Of a stretch of DNA of 64,000 bases, positions 59,541 to 64,000 are shown in pieces. Location: IMG/VR virus record IMGVR_UViG_3300049215_000771, positions 434,001-498,000 of that record. One strand, written 5' to 3'. Positions within the stretch are counted from its first letter, which is position 1, and every line of letters begins with the position of its first letter. The position numbers were made by a program, and so were the translations under genes. The notes under the pieces are model-generated. The model saw nothing but the letters and a program-made list of their open reading frames with translations, ran no database searches and had not been told where the DNA came from.

Positions 59541-60717
59541 TCGTCTGTTTCTTCCTTTCAAGAACTTCTTCAAAGTGAGCGATGACCTTGGCTCCACGCA
59601 CCGGGCAGAAGCGGCCCTCGTTCACTTCTCTACGGTAGTAAGCGATCCAACCTTCCAGTTCTTTGACACTCCCCTGCTTCCGCAGGTTCATGTGCCCGCC
59701 GTAGATTCCCCGTCGCTGGGCGAGTTGTTGTCCCGCCCGATGTCGGGACTGCATTTCCCCTCGGATGATTCCGATTCTTGTTGATTCTGACATCGGTACT
59801 TTCCTGGTAATGGCCCTATCCAACCCTTTGGCAAACCATCGCCAACCGGAATATACCATCCGGTCGCCGTTTCGGGATGCCCTGTCTGTTGAAGAATCCC
59901 GATCAGTTCGCCGTTGAACTCACAGCCTTCGGGATAATCATCCGTACTGTATTTCGCCAGTACACCCTGAATGGCCTCGTTCAGTTCCTTCTTGATTTTC
60001 TCGATCACACTCATTTCTGCGCCCCACGCCTTATGCCCGCCAACTTCTTGCAAGATCGGCTCGTAGTATTTCCAGGCCGTAGCGTAAGGAATGTTGGTGT
60101 CACACCCTTCACAATCTTCTTCCAGCAAATGATGCCCAACACCTTCTTCAGCACAAGCCGGGTCCGGGCAATGCCTCATTGGAGCATGACAGTTCGGACA
60201 AACGTAGTAAAACTTCCTGCCACTGGCGTCGGTACTCCATTCAATCGACCGGGCCTGAAACTCCCTCCAAGTGATCGCCCCATCTTCGTACAACTTGCGA
60301 AGTCGGCGGGGGTCCATCTTCTTGTATGGTCCAGCCGGGCCGTTGATGGTTATGAGCCGTCTCAGGTATCTTTGAGCGCCTTCATCACGGCGTTGAACGC
60401 TGCTGTCGCCCGTTCCTTGTCCCCGATCTTGTTGACCGCCCATAACATCAACCTCAAGTCGTTCGCTTGAGCCTCCAGCGCCGTTTGCGGGATTGGGAAA
60501 GCATCTCCATTGCGGTCATGCTTGCCGTACCTGTCGATTTTTCGAGCCTCGGCGATGGCTTCTTCGTCGCCTTCGAGGATGCGTTGCACCAGACCACGTT
60601 CGTTGAGAGCCGCCAGGAAATTGAAAACTTCACCTTTGCTGATGGTCAACTTCTCGGCCAGCATTTCACACAGCTTCCAGCGATCCTTCATCGACATCGC
60701 CATAACTGTTCTCCAAG

Positions 60718-60799
60718 TGCCTCCCCAGGGGATTGAACCCTAACCTTCTGCTTTTCAGGCAGATGTGCAGACCAAATGGAACCACTACACCAGAGAGGC
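60718..60799 (-). tRNA. tRNA-Phe(GAA) with an enlarged D loop
   Basis: TCTGC-CTGAAAA-GCAGA; D region GTGTAGTGGTTCCATTTGGTCTGCAC. Confidence 0.75.
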
Positions 60800-61542
60800 A
60801 ATCATTCATCCCACAACTGATACCGCCAATGCTTTGGGATAGAAGCAAGGGGGATTTTCGTCGGTTTGTCACACGCCGCACACACGCAATAGGCTCCCAC
60901 TTCCATCGCATCCTTGATGTCTTCTACCGTCACCGCCAGAACCGACTTGCAGTGTTCGCATACCACCCGAATGGTGTTGTTATTTTCAACAATTCTCATG
61001 GAAGCCTCAATCTTCCGGTCGTCCCCACCGATGATGGTCGTGATCGTCCCTGGCGTAATCATCCGGGTTGAAGTATTGCAAGTTGCCGGACCAGTGATCG
61101 ACTTGCTCCACGAATGCCCGCAGGCTGTTATAAACTTCCAATATCCCGGCTTTCTGCATCTTATTGTAGTTCCGAGACTCGCCCTTGGTTGCCGTGGTTT
61201 CCTCGATGAACTTCACTAACGTCCGTGCTTCGTCCACAGTAAGCACTGACCACTGAAAAGGCAATAGCATTACAACTCCAAACCACCGTTGACCAGAATT
61301 TCTCGAACCTCAGCAGAACTACCGATGGGTTCCAGGGCGGCATACAACTGCTCGGCGACATAAACCTCGCTTGCGCCCTCATGGTTGACCACCCGAACCT
61401 GAGTCGGGTCCGCCTCAACCGGAAACGCCTCGTACTCACCTGTGACGAAAACCAGGAAGCAGTGATTGATCTGCTTGATCCTTTCTTCGTCATCGAGAGC
61501 AGGCGGAAGAAACTCGTTCCAATAACCCATGTTTTTTTCTCC

Positions 61543-61632
61543 TGGCGGTAACGAAGGGAATTGAACCCATAAGGCGGTTTCCCGCTCGGCGGCTCTTGTG
61601 CCGTTGCCTTCTCCACTTAGGCTTGCGCTACC
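61543..61632 (-). tRNA. Ser-like tRNA-like RNA with a 6-nt anticodon loop and encoded CCA
   Basis: GGTAGCG/CGTTACC, G73-CCA; CGGC-ACAAGA-GCCG; GCGG-GAAA-CCGC V arm; weak T stem. Confidence 0.55.
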
Positions 61633-61698
61633 AGATTTCGCCATTTGCTCCGCTGTTGATGGCATTGATCGACTCATCATCCATCCTTGCTCTACCAG

Positions 61699-61772
61699 TG
61701 CCCAGGGTCGGACTTGAACCGACGACCTTCTGCTCTTCAGGCAGACGCTACTACCAACTGAGCTACCTGGGC
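61699..61772 (-). tRNA. tRNA-Phe(GAA)
   Basis: Canonical cloverleaf; TCTGC-CTGAAGA-GCAGA. Confidence 0.93.
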
Positions 61773-61790
61773 CAAACCATTCAGTAAAAA

Positions 61791-61900
61791 AGGGCGTGCA
61801 GGATGATGGGACTCGAACCCACCTGTACCTACCTTGCACGGCTTGCGCCGCTTGGGGACTCGCTGCCAACTGCTCATTACGGTCACACCCTGCACGCCCT
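61791..61900 (-). ncRNA. T-arm-containing RNA closed by a 15-bp helix
   Basis: AGGGCGTGCAGGGTG/CATCCTGCACGCCCT; GTGGG-TTCGAGT-CCCAT; GCGGC-GCAA-GCCGT; followed by a T-run. Confidence 0.55.
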
Positions 61901-62505
61901 TGGTCCTTAGCCCCTCACTCGCCCGTGAACCGTTCGCTTCCTGCGACGGTTGAACCGGAAGTTATTCCAGTAGGCTTTTCGCCTCCAGACGCCTTGGGAC
62001 TTTTTCTTCTTCCTTTGTTTCAACTTTGCCTCCGCAGTTGAGGAATTGGTAGTTTCCAACGCCGTTGCAGAGGACGCAGATGACCATTTTATTTACTCCC
62101 AGGTTGCGGCCTTTTCTTCAACCAAGGCGTATGCCGCTTCGCCTGACACTCGGCTGTGCAGAAATGCAGCAGCCGCCTTTTGCCACGAACCGTGTGATAT
62201 GGGCCTTCAATCACTGTGCGGCAACCGTCGCACACAACTCCACCCATTTTTAACACGACTCGTCTCCCGAACGCTCGAAAAGTGAACCCTTCACTTCATG
62301 TCCGATGCCGACACACTTGACGCCAGCCTGGACAACGTGACTTCCCAGCCGCCCCTTGTGGACCTTCACGACCTTGCTACACCAGGGACATTTGACTTCC
62401 TTCAGCTTCGACAAATCTTTCTTCTCATAGCCCCTGTGAACCTTCTTTCGTTCAAGGTGCTTGCCGGTATTTGTCGGAATGTTCTTGTTTGCCATGTTAC
62501 ACCAG

Positions 62506-62623
62506 CGGATCAGAACGGGACTCGAACCCGCAACATGAATTTGGGTAGCGATTTTGCTACAAGACCCCCATGTACCTTACCTTTTTAGGGCTTAGTGCTT
62601 CTGCCGTTTCTGCCACCTGATCC
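62506..62623 (-). tRNA. Oversized Ser-like tRNA-like RNA (8-bp acceptor, AAA-type loop, ~41-nt V arm)
   Basis: GGATCAGG/TCTGATCC, G73; GCGGG-TTCGAGT-CCCGT; ACT-AA-GCC-CTAAAAA-GGT-AA-GGT. Confidence 0.55.
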
Positions 62624-62625
62624 AG

Positions 62626-62713
62626 CGGAAGGTGCGGGAGTCGAACTCGCAACACCCCTTTCAGGGTGTGTCCCGTTTCGAGCGGGGTGGGCCTGCCAAT
62701 GCCCAAACCTTCC
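62626..62713 (-). tRNA. tRNA-Ser(CGA), second copy
   Basis: CCCG-CTCGAAA-CGGG, V arm, G73; one T-stem mismatch. Confidence 0.85.
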
Positions 62714-62991
62714 AGTTACATTCTTGCTCTGACATCACACCATCGAATCCGACGAACGGTGTAAGCACCACGAAGTTCACCATCTTCAATCGCCGCCAGC
62801 GCCTCTTCTTCCGTATCATACGACATCGTGTATATCGACGCCGTGTTGAGGTTGAGAATTCGCCATTCCTTCGACCGACCATCAAAAATAGCCGTCTCGA
62901 AGATGAGAGTACCAGTCCTTCGGACACCCTTCAACCACTCCATGTCTTCAGGACCGCCAGTGATGAAATCACCCATAACAAATCCTCCAAG

Positions 62992-63080
62992 CGGAAGGTG
63001 AGGGAGTTGAACCCTCAGCCCCCTTGCGGGGGCACCAACTTAGCAGGTTGGCGTGACGAACCGATAGTCACCTACCTTCC
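62992..63080 (-). tRNA. tRNA-Ser(GCT)
   Basis: CCAAC-CTGCTAA-GTTGG, V arm, G73. Confidence 0.92.
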
Positions 63081-63435
63081 AAACATCACTCAATCTCACT
63101 GACAAATTCTACACGTCGCCCACGTCGTTTAACATCCTTGTTCAAATCAATTCTCATCCAGCAGTATTGCCCGGTCGATATTCCCATTTCAGCCAGGTAC
63201 TTCTGGCACGCTTCGACGATTTCACTTTCCGTCAGGGTCACGACCGCCTTCTTATTGCCCTTCGCTTTGCGGAATCGCATCGTCGTCAATGCTCCGGTAC
63301 TTCGGCTTCTTCAGCAGCGGCTTGCCATCCCACAATCGCTTCAGATTTTCCCACTCCCACACAGTCCTGGCTCGTAGCTCGAAGGCTTCTTCCAGGTTCC
63401 AGCCCGCCGCCCGAAGGTTGGCGATTTCTTCCTCG

Positions 63436-63921
63436 TTAAATAGCATCGAGCATGTCCTTGATCTTGGCGTACTTCTCCCACACGATCTGAGCGTCGTGCT
63501 TGTTGATATAACCGAACGAGAAAAAGCAAGGATAGCCATTCACCCCACGAGGACCAGCTTTGTCGTAATACTCGTAGATCATGCCGATGTCTTGCTTGTA
63601 CTCGTCCGTGGCGTCGGCAAACGCTCCCAGGACGAGCGGCATGAAAATCATGCCCAGGTGCGTGATGTCAAATTCCCGAACATGCCGGTCAGTAAACACC
63701 AGGTTCATGGCGATGTCTTTCGCCAATTGCGTCAGGTACTCCGATGGCTTGTTGTCGATTGCCTTGGGCTTCAACGCCCCGACAGCCCAATCTCCCTTCA
63801 TGGGGGCTTCTGAAACTTCTTCTTTCACCATCATTGCCTCAGTACAGCGTTCACAGTCGCATTCACAACCACCCATGCGCCAGCTTGTCTGACACAACCC
63901 CTGGCGACAATGTTCTACCAT
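63436..63921 (-). CDS. Hypothetical protein
   Basis: 161-aa ORF in the co-oriented run. Confidence 0.55.
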   Translation of the reverse strand: MVEHCRQGLCQTSWRMGGCECDCERCTEAMMVKEEVSEAPMKGDWAVGALKPKAIDNKPSEYLTQLAKDIAMNLVFTDRHVREFDITHLGMIFMPLVLGAFADATDEYKQDIGMIYEYYDKAGPRGVNGYPCFFSFGYINKHDAQIVWEKYAKIKDMLDAI

Positions 63922-64000
63922 GAAGACACCGAAAACGCTGCAAGGTTCGTGTTCCGGGCGGATTTTGGCGAGGAATCCGCCCGGATCACGTTTCGACCTT

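Noticed and set aside
61791-61900. YrlA/Y-RNA
   Set aside because: The T arm lies at the 3' side next to the closing helix, not in the circularly permuted order of YrlA, and no Ro60 gene is in the window.

Overview
This window looks like part of a very large T4-superfamily (jumbo/huge) bacteriophage genome, mostly on the minus strand and in the standard genetic code. Phage markers include gp46/gp47-like nucleases, UvsW- and Dda-like helicases, class Ia RNR, a Gly-rich tail-fibre-like protein, gp23 capsid-derived fragments and TAAATA late-promoter-like boxes. The host is probably a planctomycete, inferred from the EF-Tu switch-I signature and the ClpS, AtpI-like and GspG-like proteins. The dominant theme is a large translation toolkit. 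It has five compact aminoacyl-tRNA synthetases: ValRS, ThrRS and PheRS lack their editing modules, AspRS lacks its GAD domain, and CysRS is short. It also has a GatB C-terminal fragment, EF-Tu plus a stand-alone EF-Tu domain II, and a dispersed array of 16 conventional and 5 atypical tRNA/tRNA-like genes, nearly all Leu/Ser/Tyr/Phe. Two RNAs are not explained by the ORF track. One is a ~240-nt minimal type-A RNase P RNA (30341-30578), whose helices I could pair by hand. The other is a structured RNA inside the tRNA array (49630-50207) carrying a near-copy of the 23S rRNA GTPase-associated centre (H42-H44, the uL11/uL10 site) interrupted by a 47-nt hairpin. All calls come from reading the sequence and from recalled family motifs; no database searches were run.
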